NCBI GenBank assembly: GCA_002633005.1
Contig: NMRA01000502.1
Span: forward strand, 240,604-304,603
Direction of reading: 5' to 3'
Length of the DNA stretch: 64,000 nucleotides
From: Phoronis australis
Taxonomy: Eukaryota; Animalia; Phoronida
A program made the position numbers and the translations under genes. The notes below the pieces were generated by a model, which saw nothing but the letters and a program-made list of their open reading frames with translations, was not told where the DNA came from and did no database searches. The first letter of the stretch is position 1. The number at the start of each line of letters is the position of its first letter. Below, in pieces: positions 1-12,831 of the stretch.

Positions 1-3000
1 TTTCACCACGGTGTAGGCTTACAGAGTGTTTTGGTTTCGTGAAACTGTTTTCAGATGATTTGTTTCCTGATACATTTGACGAGACAGAACACATGTTTAT
101 TTCCGGACTAACAGTACAGGTCTTCATTCTTAAACAGCTTGAGGCTGCTGCGATCATCTGATATTCAAGTTTTTACGCCCCGTGGGTGCTCCTTATGCTC
201 TTCAATGTTTGGTAGTTGTCTAAACCCCTGTATACACACCACATTTTTTCGTATGCTAAAAAGGTGTGTGTAAGGAGATGTTCCAACAAAAATTTTTGCT
301 GGTGGTGTGACTCATACCCAGATGAGCACAAATATGATTTCACGAAACTTATGAGTCAAGTTCATGTGACGAAATCGAGAAGGGTTTTTAATTATCTTAA
401 GAAAAACTCCAGGGACATGTTAAGTGCCAGAAACGTACCAGGATGCATGGAAATTTCACTGTTTGGCTACAAAAACAAAAAAATTGTCTTACACGGGAGG
501 GAGGTTCCCCCCGCTCGGCGCCACGCGCCTCGTATTCGACATTTGCGGGAATCCTAACCCCCCCCCTTACTGAAAACGTAGATCCGCCACTGATTATTGC
601 ATTAGCTCAAAACACGTAATTTTTCAAATTTCGTGTCAAATAATTTATTATACATTTGAGGCGTTCACCTATGGTTCCTTCATGTCTGCTAACACCGTCG
701 CAAACAACTGGCAGTGACAACTACATGTACACTTAGTGGCGATAGTGATGCTTATGGAAATAAAAACGCTGAAGACAGATGCGTGCTTCTAAATTTCACT
801 TTTGATTGGACGAAAAACGCGATATGTAGCGTGTGTATGGTAGACCAACGAACTGAAGAGCCAGTCAGCTGAAGATTAACGTCAACATATATTTTAAATG
901 CTTTTCACTAAAGCTATTCGCAGTTATGATAAACTCAAGACTCGACGATCATTGGAAAATTTGTAAAAGACCGCTGAGGTGTGAAAGTTTTTATTTCATT
1001 CATATGATGCATTGAGATGATCGCTACGGTTAAGGATAACCCACAAATTTGCATGTTTTAGTAACTTTCCACTTATACCCCTGATTAATGGCAGGTTTAT
1101 TTACATGTAACCTTAAAATAGATTTATAGCGGCAATTGCTCAAAGGGAGAACAAAAATGCTGATAAATTAGCGATATCCAAACTTTTTATATAGGCCTTT
1201 ACTGGTACTTGATTTTTCAATGCTTTCAACGAGAGAGAAATAGATAGGCTTACTACGGTGCGTGAGGTGGAACAAAGATAATGTTGCTTGGCTCTTAGAA
1301 CTTCTCACGCGGTGTAAAAAACATTTTTCTTGAGGTCTTTTGTATGGTATCCTCTTACTGAATATGGCTCAAGAGGCTAAAATTATACAAGCGATAATTC
1401 AATTCAACTCGCTTAGCTCATGAAAGTGTACTTATAAATTTTCAAAAAGTGGAAACTTCCCACTGCCAGATGTCTGCTCCCTGTACTAATGCACTTCATA
1501 ACCAATGAGCTATATTTATCTCATCGTTCATAACTACCCCAGTTCATACTGTAAATCAAGATTTCGCGCTCGTGCGGCAAAGAAACTGCCCTCGTGCAGT
1601 ACAGTCTGCGTTCAAAGCGGTGTAGTGTGAGACTTGAACGTACAGTAAATCCATGGCAGGTAAGACCGTTCACTACCTGTTTAATCAACGAACATTAGAC
1701 CGAAGATTTCCAAAGATAGGATCTCCTAAGAGTGCGCCTATGGCAGAGCGTACATGTATTTTCGGAAATATTTTCAAGACTAGTACGCCCATAGGCGTAT
1801 TTTGGTACGTATTTGCACGTTTTGAAAATATGATTAATTGTTCTAACATACGACTACATGTATGCAATGCGTTCTCATGCATATTTTTCTTTTGGCAAGA
1901 CATATTTTGGGATCGTGATTTCCTAGATTAAACAACTACCATTTAATGACTATTTAGATTTCAAAAAACCTTTTCCGCCACTATCTCAAAAGCTTCCCTT
2001 TTGCCAACACTTCTGCCCCGTGGTACTGCTCGCCAGTTTCACACCCATATCACAAGGGGCAACCTCCGGGAAGGTAGCCGCCACAAACTTTGGTACCCGT
2101 ATTTCAACAAAAGTACGTGTTATTTTTAGACCTGAAAACGTTTTGCGCGTTATCCGTTTAAGGTATGATTTTAACCTATGCCAAAAAGGGGTGTTACAGT
2201 CGGGAGAGTATGGAACTGCAATGCGGGGATCCCACAGGGGGTTTTGGGACCCTTTTCATAGAGTGTCTGCATGCACTTAATCAAGAACAACCATAGATTG
2301 GCTCAGCCCTTCAGTCTAGGACAAGTGCCAGTCTCTTACGATCAATTCCACCTTCATCAACATGGCTTTACTAGTATTTATCCTCAAAAGAATTTAACTA
2401 TTCTTGCAATACGTGTATAAATGTTTTTATAGTAACAAAGTCATCGAAATAGGCCTCTTAACTTGACGCAATTCACAAAAAGTTCTTCAGTCTTTTATAC
2501 TTTCGATAAATACTGTTTGTTATTGTTTGTCTCGATACTACTTTGCTTCTGCAGTCACATGACCAAGTTCTATTTTCTTGGACGAATTAAAAATTTTGTG
2601 TACCCTTCTGAATAGTTGACAGTGCCAGATTTATAGAGTGGCAAAGGGGCAAGCTCTGGGCCACATTTCTAAAATAGGATTCTGCCTGAAATGGGGCCCC
2701 ACAACATGAAAGATTCAAAACTGGAGAAGAGCAGCAGTTAATTTTATAAAGAGGTGATCTTTCTTAACATAAAAGGGTGCACGATTTCTTAAGGGGCCCC
2801 TTCCGTGAGCAGCCCTAAGGAAGNGAGGTCGTGCTTACTTCCTCTCATAGAAGCACCCTTTTTACGCAATCTCAGATTCAGTTGGCACGGCTCCAAGCCA
2901 TTTCACCACGTATTTAAAGGGCTCGCGAAATCGAGGCTGCTAATCTATCACCACTAGTACACGCACGCCCTCTAGTTATTGTAGATTTTCCGAATAGCCC

Positions 3001-6000
3001 CATTGGTCGGACGTTGTTGCTTCGCCAAATTGTTTGATTTCAGTGCTTCGATAGAAAACTGACAGTTCGTTATTACTCAGGAATTTGATCTGAAGGAGAA
3101 ATTATATAGAGGACTGGTAATTCTTTTCCATCCCTGTGGGAGATACATGTAACTGCTAAACTGAGTAAGAATAATGACGATGACAATTATATATAAGCAG
3201 AACTTGATTTTTGACGAAAAAATACTGGGATAATGTCACCTTGAGCAGCAATTACAGAGAGCACCTACGGGTGGTTCTACATCGACCGTTACAGATTTTC
3301 CTGAGACTTTATGGGGGCCTGAACTATCCATAGATATGCACTAAGTCACCTTTGATTTTTCTGACACAAGCCTCGTTTTTGTTTTTATGCTGATGTTGCT
3401 TTTTCGATGCTGATTTCAGTAAAAAAGCTGCCAACTTTTCAAGACTATTGAGCGCATTAGGAATAACTGGGATTATTTTCTGTGAAATATAAAGTATCTG
3501 AAATTTCAGATAGACATTTTAGTATTTAAATACTGTTTTCTTTTCAAAAACTGAGAATTTTTGCGAATTTTCAAGGGATTGATTTTGGTCATTTTCAATA
3601 AGAACGCGAGCAAAAGATATAGCATGTGTGAAAATGTGGTAATATTGGGCCAGTTTAGTACATGCATCAAGTCAAAAGTTTGGTCTTTTGTTGTCCGCTT
3701 AGTGGTTAACATGTACTTTTACTAAGTATACGTTACATTATTTGGCTACTCAGATACAGTGATTTCTCAACAGTATAAGTGGATTTGAAGGTTTATATAT
3801 AAATTTTTGATTTAGAGGGTTTTGGAACCATAGGAATGGGGGGCTCGATTTTTTATGTAGTCCGCTGACAACATTCACTTTAATTAGAAGTAATGGAGCA
3901 GTAGCGCGAAGGGTATGGGACAAGTGAGAAAGTGCTGGTGATTGTGGAGGTTCCGGGGTGCGACTTTGGTCCCTCAACAAATTACAAAACGCTACTATAC
4001 GCATACAATGATGAGTGATTGTGCAATGTATATTTGTTTAACACGGTGTTACTCAGACCAGTCCCTGAAATACACCACAACAGAGTGTAACGTGTAACTA
4101 GAAAACAGATAACTTTTACATTTAAACAGGCTTTCGTATGGGATATCGATGATGAAATCGTCTCGTGTTTTTTTCTAAGAATTGTGTAGTTAGTTCAGCG
4201 ACGATTCGTTTTAGCCTATAGAATTGTTGCCACCGTCTGCTTGAGCGGCCACTGACACGGAAATAATCCTGACTGCATAAATCATTATTCGCCATGATTT
4301 ATCATAATGATCATCTTGATTATTGTGCACAAAAAGCTGCCTTTGTTAGATAATTCTCACATAACTGGCGTGAAAGTGATAAATGTCCCGTTGTATAAAA
4401 CGTCCTACTTCCATTTAATTGAACATGAGCATCCCGGTTATGGCCGCTATGCCTGCATTCAAATATTTGCAGGTAGGACATTCTTTAGAGAACAATAACT
4501 CTTGTTGACAAGGTGGGTGATATAGTGAGATGTTATGGTGAGAGCTTGTAATATGTAAACGTGCTGGAGGATCTAATTATTAAACCCGATGACCTTGGTA
4601 AATGTATTTCTCAAATATGAGTATGTGTAACTGGCATTTTTCAGACAAAGCTCATACTGTATTTGAGGTCAAAGCACTACTGAACATTATTTTACGAATT
4701 TGAAGAAATAGCAAGCTTCCAGTTCTTTGTAGCCCAGAGTTCACTTCTAAACTATAAGTGAGGAGCGCGCCACCATTTTATAGCTTAAAATGGCTTGTTT
4801 TTTACGAAAATCCAGGGTTAATGCCGCTTTTATGGAGTTCTGCACAGTTTTAAATTATTTTTAACGTTAACGATAGGCACGACATTAAATTCCACAATGC
4901 CATTATACTGAACACTAGGCACACCCAAGTGAAGAGATTAGGGGTCACTTTATTCATAAATTATTAAAGAAGACTCTTCCTTCCCAACATTACATAACTA
5001 GGCGCCTAATAAAATTTATCGGGGTAATCGTGACCTTGAAATTTGTGCTAATATAGCTCAAAAACAAAATTGCCGAACCCCTATTTTGTCGAGCATAGAA
5101 AAAAGACGGTGTAACTTTCTTGTATAAATCAAAACGTTAAATTTTGAAATACTAAAATCAAGAAAAAATCACGACTTATAAGTCTCTTCACAAATTAATT
5201 CCACTCACCCCGACCACCTGCAGACAGCACATTGCCATACCCGCCGTGTTTCCAACTCAATAAATTAATCTGGTTTAAATGATTACAGATCCACTTACTA
5301 ACACAAATTTACACGCTCAATTAACTCAGGCAGGTTTGAATTGCTGCTTGGTCGGGGCGTATATTGCCGATGCCAGAATTCCTTTGATGTCCTAAAGACC
5401 TCGCCAGGGCTATGGATTTGTGTAGCAAGGTCTGTAAATACTAGGACTATACTTTGAGGTAAACACAATTCTCATGGCACATGTTTGCTTACCGCCAAAC
5501 ATCACACAACGTTTTTCCAAACGTATTTTAATCATTAATTTAATTAAAGGAGATTTTTAGTAGCCCATGTAAATTTTGCATTTTTTCAAGAGGTGCCCCT
5601 GTTTAGCCGGCTGTAATGAAAAAAAAAGTTTTGGGACACCACTCATTTTTGCAATATTGTAATGGGCATAGATCAAAATAAAAAATACGAAAATAAAAAA
5701 AATCCAACTATAAATTAAAATTGTGTGGAATCCCCTTCATTGATACGACACTGAACACTTAAAAAGAACAGTTGATGATGGTGATGATGATGATTTTTTC
5801 CACAGCAGGCAGAAACTCACTTATACACCTTGTGCATTTCCGAGATTTAAACCGGTTTTAAAGCGTGATGAAGCCAGAATGCACTCGAGTTAAGCCCTTA
5901 ATTGTTTCTATGTCTAATATTCTAGATTCAATAATACAGGAGAGTTCAACGACCTGAAAACTCTGGACATTTACATTCGCAAGTCTGTTTAAATGAATTG

Positions 6001-6400
6001 GTTTTTCCTTGCGTGCGTTCGTTTCTTTTGTTACCAGCGTGTATAGTGTTCGCATGGCAATGCCTGACGAGGAGATTAGCATGGAAATCTATTAGCATGA
6101 CTGCCTAATAGCAGCAGTTCACAAACGAACAAGTCATCCGTGAATATGTATTGATATACATGTAATAGCGCAATTATTTATGCAATTCAAACTTTTGCCT
6201 AACTTCAGGTGACAGTGAGACACCTTAATTAGAGGCTTACTTGTCCAACGGAATCGATACACAACAAAAGGCGTGCTGGGATTCACTTTAGTGTATTGCG
6301 TTCACTGTGAGCACGAAATGAAGGTCAGTGTGTTCGGTTGCATTGGAGCTAGTGTGCCAGTGACTCTCAAGTTTTACCGTTGTTTCAGATTCTAGTGGTC

Positions 6401-7424
6401 ATGCCGAATTTCAACTGTATCGAAAGACGACTGAGTAAAGTGTTCTACCAATATGGAGTTTTCATAGCAAGGCATCCGGCATGGTTTATAACCCTGCCTG
6501 TGTTAGTTGCCATCGTTTTTGGAGGTGGATTCTTTTTCCGCAAATCAGAGACGAGTACTGAATATTTGTTTACGCCAACAAACGGCCCGGCGAAATCAGA
6601 AAGAGACGTCATCAAGGCCCTGTTTCCTGTAAACGACTCTGGACAATTTGACAGGCTACGATTATCCGACTTAGGCACCTACGGTTCAGTAATAGTCACA
6701 AGTTCAGATCGGAAATCTATTTTGAGAGAAAATATTTTGAGAAGAGTGAAGGAAGTGGACGACTTCGTACATAACATAAGCGTTGTAAATGACGTCGAGA
6801 CATATTCTTTTCGGAACATTTGCGCCAAATGGAAAAATACTTGTGCAGATCAAACCATTTTGACCTTGTTACATACAGAGACAGCTTCTAACTTAAATTT
6901 AACCTTTCCGTATTACGTTTTGAAAATTCCCGGAATACCCTCTTCACCAATCCTTGGTTACCCAGTGCAATCTAAACACAAAGTTCCTTTGCATGGCGTA
7001 CTTGGCGGCGTGGAAACTGACGCCAGTCAGCGTATAATTTCTGTGAAAGCTTTCAAACTTTCCTACTACATCAACGCTGAGAACAGAACGAAAGCCTCAA
7101 AATGGATCGACGAGTTTCTGAAAGCGTTTAAAAGTATACAGATAAAAGATATCGAGTTATCGCACTTCACCTCAGCAACTTTAGAAGAGGAGCTGCAGGA
7201 GGCTTCTGGCCAAACTGTGTCACTAATATCCGTAGTGTTTACCATCATGATAACATTCTCGATCGTGTCTTGCGTGATGTTTGACTGGGTTTTAAGTAAA
7301 CCGTGGCTAGGCTTTTTAGGAGTCATCTCCGTTGCCTTGTCTATCCTGTCCACATTTGGCATGTTGATGTACTGCGGAGTGCCGTTTATATCTATTGTTG
7401 GGGTCACACCATTTGTTTCTCTAG
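6401..7424 (+). CDS. Patched domain-containing protein 3-like (PTCHD3/Patched-related, SSD/RND family), coding exon 1
   Basis: ORF MPNFNCIERRLSKVFYQYGVFIARHPAWFITLPVLV... has an N-terminal TM, a luminal loop (EYLFTPTNGPAKSER) and the start of the sterol-sensing domain (DWVLSKPWLGFLGV). An acceptor tttcag at 6383-6388 precedes the ATG at 6401. The donor G|gtaagt is at 7424/7425 (phase 1). Confidence 0.93.
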
Positions 7425-7731
7425 GTAAGTTCCTGTCTGCGTCCCGCAATGAAACTTTTTTGTCTGCTTGGGTAAATTTGCTATAAACTTCGATTCAGGC
7501 AATTCATGCTTCGGAATTTAGTCTCATTGTTCCCTAGGTGCGATTTCTAGTCTTGGAACTAGAACTGACAGAACGTTATTGCCTAAGACCGGGCTTTACA
7601 AGATGACTTGCCACTGCGCGGGCGGCATGTCACTTCATTCACCGTGTATGATATTGAGCATCTACGAATTGTTGGCCCTTTTTAAGATCAAAAATCACTT
7701 TTAACCTCAGTAAATAACAATTTTATATCGA

Positions 7732-8192
7732 CTACGTACATGTAGTGGTAAAGGGCTAAAACCATAAGGTAGTTTCTTCATTCTACGTACATGTAGTGGT
7801 AAAGGGCTAAAACCATGAGGTAGTTTCTTCATTCTACGTACATGTAGTGGTAAAGGGCTAAAACCATAAGGTAGTTTCTTCATTCTACGTACATGTAGTG
7901 GTAAAGGGCTAAAACCATAAGGTAGTTTCTTCATTCTACGTACATGTAGTGGTAAAGGGCTAAAACCATAAGGTAGTTTCTTCATTCTACGTACATGTAG
8001 TGGTAAAGGGCTAAAACCATAAGGTAGTTTCTTCATTCTACGTACATGTAGTGGTAAAGGGCTAAAACCATAAGGTAGTTTCTTCATTCTACGTACATGT
8101 AGTGGTAAAGGGCTAAAACCATAAGGTAGTTTCTTCATTCTACGTACATGTAGTGGTAAAGGGCTAAAACCATAAGGTAGTTTCTTCATTCT
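7732..8192. repeat. 51-bp minisatellite, 9 near-identical copies (intron 1)
   Basis: Unit ctacgtacatgtagtggtaaagggctaaaaccataaggtagtttcttcatt repeated head-to-tail. One a>g variant in copy 2. No spacers. Confidence 0.97.
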
Positions 8193-8649
8193 CGAATTTC
8201 ACGAATGCACAACCTCTGCATGCACCCTAATCACAAAAGTACATGCACAGCAGCAATGAAATTGCCAAGGCTCGGAATTTTACTCTTTTAAGAGAATTTC
8301 CCCTTTTAGGGTCAATTTTCCCTTTCTTGCCTATTTCTTATCAGCATTCTGACATTATTTATGCAAAAACGTTTTTATTTCAGCTAAATTTTACAATACA
8401 AAATATATTTCTATCACACAAGCGTATTTACTTGTGGATTGATACGTCACCGGGAAAAATTTCCTCTTTTTATTATTGGTCATTCCAAGCCCTGAAATGT
8501 TCTAATACGGGCTTCCTTCAGTTGCATGGGCTCTACCTGTATTATACATGACCGTAGTTATGGGACACTCGTTCCTCACAACCGCGCATCAGTCATTAGC
8601 AGTTTACGCCCGCCTCAACCTAAGCTGCCAGTATAAGTTTACTATAGTA

Positions 8650-10090
8650 TCTGACTGACTCTGACTCTGACGCTAGGCATTGTCCATCCACTGCAGGACG
8701 TAGCCCTCCGACAATGCCTTCCAATTTGTTCTGTCTCTTGCTGCTCTCATCCACCTTGTGCCTCTCGTCTTCACGATGTCATATCTCCGTCTGGCTCTGG
8801 GCCGTCCTCTTGCTCTCTTTCCATATCTGGGTTGCCACTCTGTGCATCTTTTTGTCCATCTGTTGTCCTGTGCTCTGGCCACGTGTCCGCCCCACCTCCA
8901 TTTCAATTTCAGAATTGTCTTGATTATGTCCATGACTCCTGTTTGTTCCCTTATCTCTGTGTGTGGAATCCTGTCTAGTAAATTTGTTCCAAGCATTTTT
9001 CTCTCCATTGCTCTCTGTGTTGTTCTTAGCTTGGCAATTGTCTGTTTTGTTAAGGTCAATGTTTAGCATCCATAGGTGATTGTGGGGATGATGCACTGGT
9101 CAAATACTTTTCTTTTCAGGGATATGCGTATGTTCTTATCTTGGAATATTTCTCTGTTTTTTTTCCAAAGCAACTCAATCCAGCATTTATTCGGATTTGT
9201 ATTCCATTGGTAACACGGTTTCCCATTTGTATAGTTTGTCCCAGGTATTTATATTGTGTGACTCGTTCAATGATCTTGTTCTCCACCATTCATCTGTTTC
9301 AAAATTTGTCATGTACTTTGTCTTGTCCTTGTGTATCTTTAATCCCACATTGTTGCTTTCTTCATTCAGTATATTTAAATTTGTTCCTAATTGTATTATG
9401 TCTTCTGTGCACAAAGCAATATTATCTGCAAATCTTAAGTCTGTTAGATGTTCTCCGTCGATGTTTACTCCCCTTTGAAGGTCTGAAAATTTGAAGTTTT
9501 CTTCCATTGTCAGTGTAAACAGTTCAGGTGAAATTGGGTCTCCTTGTCTTATTCCTCTCTCTTTGTTGAATCTTTCAGAGACGTGGTTGTCGATGTGTAT
9601 TCTGGGGGTGGCATCTGTATATATATTTTTTGCAGCAGTTCATAGATGTTGATGTTTTTTAGGGCTTCAATGATGGTAAAGTGTTCAATTGAATCAAAAG
9701 CCTTTTCATAGTCTACGAAACCAACAGTCGCAGGTTAAATTCGTTACATTATTCAATTGTTTGTCCAAGGGCTTGCAGATGGTCTGATGTTGAGTAGCTC
9801 TTTCTAAACCCTGCTTGTTCTCGGGATTGATTTTCATCTAGTTGTTTCTCCATTCTATTTTGTAATAGCCTTGTGAACAGTTTGTATGTATGGGCTAATA
9901 AGCTTATGGGTCTATATTTTTTTATGTCACTTCGGTCTCTTTTTTTAAATAATATTATTATTTTGCTTCTTTCCAGCATTCAGGGATGTTTTAGGTCCTT
10001 AGAATTGCATTGAATGCTTTTGTCAAGTACATGTATATGATTGTTTCTTGTCCTCCTGCCGAAATTATATCGCTTGCTATGGTATCATCA
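8650..10090 (-). mobile_element. 5'-truncated, degenerate RTE-clade LINE (reverse transcriptase to 3' end)
   Basis: Minus-strand fragments YRPISLLAHTYKLFTRLLQNR...EQAGFRKSYST, LRFADNIAL (decayed FADD), QRAMERKMLG and KWRWGGHVARAQDNRWTKRCTEWQPRYGKRARGRP, with frameshifts. A short tandem-repeat tail (ctgact)n lies at 8650-8671. Confidence 0.92.
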
Positions 10091-10679
10091 TTTCTAAAAC
10101 CTATTGGTTGATTTACAGAAATTTCTACTTTCATGTACATGGGCACGTCGTCCTGGTCGGTCATTTCTCCGATCCACTGCAGACCCGTGCTTGTTGTTCT
10201 AACATCGCTTCAAGTGCCTTTTGTTGATTGCCGGAGAACCGATCGAGCGTCTTGCTCATGTGATTAGGCTTGGGGATGATTAAAAAAAGACAGGTTTTAG
10301 AAATTGTGTTGAAAATTAAATGTATCTGATTTTTTTTTACTCCTTATTTCGGCAAAATTGAGAAAATGAGCGCACAGGTAATTCATATGCGGTCAGGAAA
10401 AAGCTGAAAATTTGAAATTTATCTAAAGGGGTTTTGCTCTAGAGCATGGCGAAAAAGCTTAGTTTTGACAAAAGGACTATCCAAAATGAAAGTCACAAAA
10501 AGCAGCACTAGTTCACGGTTTTAGGATCATGGCTTAAAATTGAAATTTAAATAAACTGTTTAGCGATCACTACATGGGATCGTTTTGGTGTAATGGTTAG
10601 TTGAGAAAGATGCAAGTAGGATTTCTTTAGTGGATTTTTATACCGGTGGTAAAACTTTGGACTGCAACAGTCCAATTAA

Positions 10680-10787
10680 CATGGGTGGCACTAAAAAGTG
10701 CCCATCTCCTCTGTAGCGCACCACACCACTGAAAAAAGTGGGGGGCTACTTGTATAGCCCCCAGCCCCCTATGGTGCGCCGCCCATG
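10680..10787. mobile_element. Tiny MITE with CATG termini and 5-bp TSD
   Basis: Imperfect TIR catgggtggcac / gcgccgcccatg. ATTAA is duplicated at 10675-10679 and 10788-10792. Confidence 0.7.
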
Positions 10788-11694
10788 ATTAAAGGGATAT
10801 TACTTTCCACTCTCCAATTATATTTTCAATCATGAACTAGCAAATTACTCAAAGACGCAGACTAAAACTTATTTTCACACCTTCCCTAAAGATATCGCTG
10901 ATGGCGAGTAAAAGAAGTGCCAGTTTAAAATGTCTTCGTGTTTGGCCTACCGTTTCAAGTCGGCGACGGATGATTCTTCATTTGTCTTTTGCTTGTTAAA
11001 AGCAATTCCTGCAAGGGGTCCCCCTACGGGTTCGACCAAACAAACAAAACAAGAGCATTAAATGAAACTTTGAGAAACGTTTGTGAGAGATATTTTCGCG
11101 ACTCCGATGTTGAATTTGTCCAGTCAAGATCGGATTAGCATGGTAAAGTTGTTAAACCCCGAACCGCATTGTTTAAGAATTCAACATTGACTATTAAACA
11201 TCAGCTAAAGGCCGTATTTACATGTAATATATGCCGTAGGTTCCGATACATATTGACGCACGACAATATGTTGATTTAGAAGGCATATATTGTCACCCAG
11301 GAGACATTGCATGTTGAGTGCGACAATGATATTGATTATCTCATAATGTGTGAATACGTAATGGAAAACGCAGTGTTAAATACGGGAAAGTAGAGCCAAT
11401 CCGTATTCAATGGCCGAGACCGTTTTCCACGGTTGGTGTACATGTACTGTCTTTTGGTGGAGTAAATTCACGTGTGCCGTGGGTAGCAAATTTAATGGAA
11501 CGGTCGAGCGCATTTCGCTACCCGAGAGATGGCGCAGCGCTTACCGGTGGGGATTGTTTACAACTCCCGATTTAGCTTAGTTGTCAATGAGAAAAGTCGG
11601 TTTGTTTTGGTGTAAAAACCATGTCTTACTCCGGTCTAGTTCACTAAAACATCCATTTAAGACACTGAATGTCAAGTGCGACAATAATATCGGA

Positions 11695-11866
11695 TATATA
11701 TGTATGTACATGTACGTATGTATATGTACATGTATGTATGTGTGCATGTGTGTATAGATGTGTGCATGTATGTATGTACATATGTACGTATGTATGTATG
11801 TATGTATGTATGTGTGTATGTACATGTACAGTATATGTACATGTATATGTATATGTGTATATATGT
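11695..11866. repeat. Compound (TATG/TACA/TG) microsatellite
   Basis: Low-complexity alternating purine-pyrimidine tract. It produces spurious Y/H/T/V-rich ORFs in all frames. Confidence 0.95.
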
Positions 11867-11880
11867 CTCATTACGGTGCA

Positions 11881-12662
11881 ATAAATATAGATTATTACAT
11901 GGCGAAGTCGTTATCCCCCGTTAAGGGGGATAACGGCTGAGAAATTTAATAATCTATTTATACCACATACTAAACCAGAAACATTGCAATGAATCGATTT
12001 ACCTTTTCTGACTCTCCACGGCTTTGTAACTACTTTCTATGTCAGAGGGCCGGGGTCGGAGGTCGTGACCTTTTAAGAAAAGCCGGGCAATTTTTGTCAA
12101 AGAATGCTTTTACTCAAAACCAATTGAAAACTTAAATATAATAGAATCGAATTGAATTTATAAATTAAGGTTTACCAACTATTATAGCTTAAAACACGTT
12201 TTTGTCACACTAAGCTTCGACCGGGAAATTATTGTCTTCTAAAGTAGGTTACCACTGGTAACTGAATATAATTTTCAAGTCAAAGATCCTGACGACACGT
12301 TTCCCGCAATCAAACTGTAGATCGGTGATTTACAAGTAAGAGGACATGAGAGAAAAATTTCAATGAATTAAGACATCATTTTTATGGAAATTATTGTGTC
12401 TTATTTTTCGTTGCGTATAAGTACAGTACAATGCTGTTTGTTGAACATGGGATTATTGCGCGTGCTCATTTAAGTATTCTATTTTCACTCTTTGACGTCA
12501 GTCGCTGCATGGTGTAGTGGTAAAGTCGACGACCAGCAATTTCAAGGTCCCGGGTTCGACTCCGTCCTCGGTTTCCCGCCAAATTGTTATCTCACTATTG
12601 AGATAACTTTATGGGTTATTACACGGTTGTATCTGCCATTTGTCGCCAATATTGTGGTATAA
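11881..12662 (+). mobile_element. ~780-bp non-autonomous interspersed element with terminal hairpin, ~19-bp inverted repeats and an internal tRNA-like segment (copy 1)
   Basis: Colinear, highly similar reverse-complement copies at 36853-37684 and 38755-39598. Inverted repeat aataatctatttataccaca ... tgtggtataa. Confidence 0.85.
12503..12572 (+). promoter_or_regulatory. tRNA-derived Pol III internal promoter (A box + B box) inside the element
   Basis: A box tggtgtagtgg (12510-12520) and B box ggttcgactcc (12553-12563) at tRNA-like spacing. There is no acceptor stem, so it is not a functional tRNA. Confidence 0.7.
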
Positions 12663-12831
12663 CACAAATTATTTCACAATCACAGATACTTGCGAACTCT
12701 GATTCACTGAATCTCGATAATATACGTCATCAGCATAACATTAACAACCTACCTTGCCTTTGAATATCACATTTCATTCATGTCCTCATTTACATTGTAT
12801 ATGTCCCTAATTTTCGCGATCTGACGTTTAT

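Noticed and set aside
497-592. MITE end (...gatccgccactg), similar to motifs at 17328 and 27365
   Set aside because: Only single ends are visible, with no matching TIR or TSD, so no element could be delimited.
6445-7449. Antisense ORFs at 6445-6678, 7066-7449 and 20660-20869
   Set aside because: They are shadows of the PTCHD3-like exons.
7732-8192. CRISPR array, or neuropeptide precursor (17-aa repeats flanked by KK/RR)
   Set aside because: The repeats are contiguous with no spacers and there are no cas genes. The minus-strand ORF has an in-frame stop four codons upstream, no signal peptide and almost no synonymous variation, and it lies antisense in an intron.
11220-11692. Additional hairpin-element remnants (repeated gtgcgacaat; similar ccctcggg/atattgccctc motifs at 15310-15400)
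   Set aside because: Too degenerate to define ends or show homology by eye.
11577-11940. Six overlapping Y/H/T/V/C-rich ORFs
   Set aside because: They are translations of a compound microsatellite.
12503-12572. Functional tRNA genes at 12503, 26702 and 28741
   Set aside because: A/B boxes are present but the acceptor and anticodon stems cannot pair, and the sequences are embedded in repeats.
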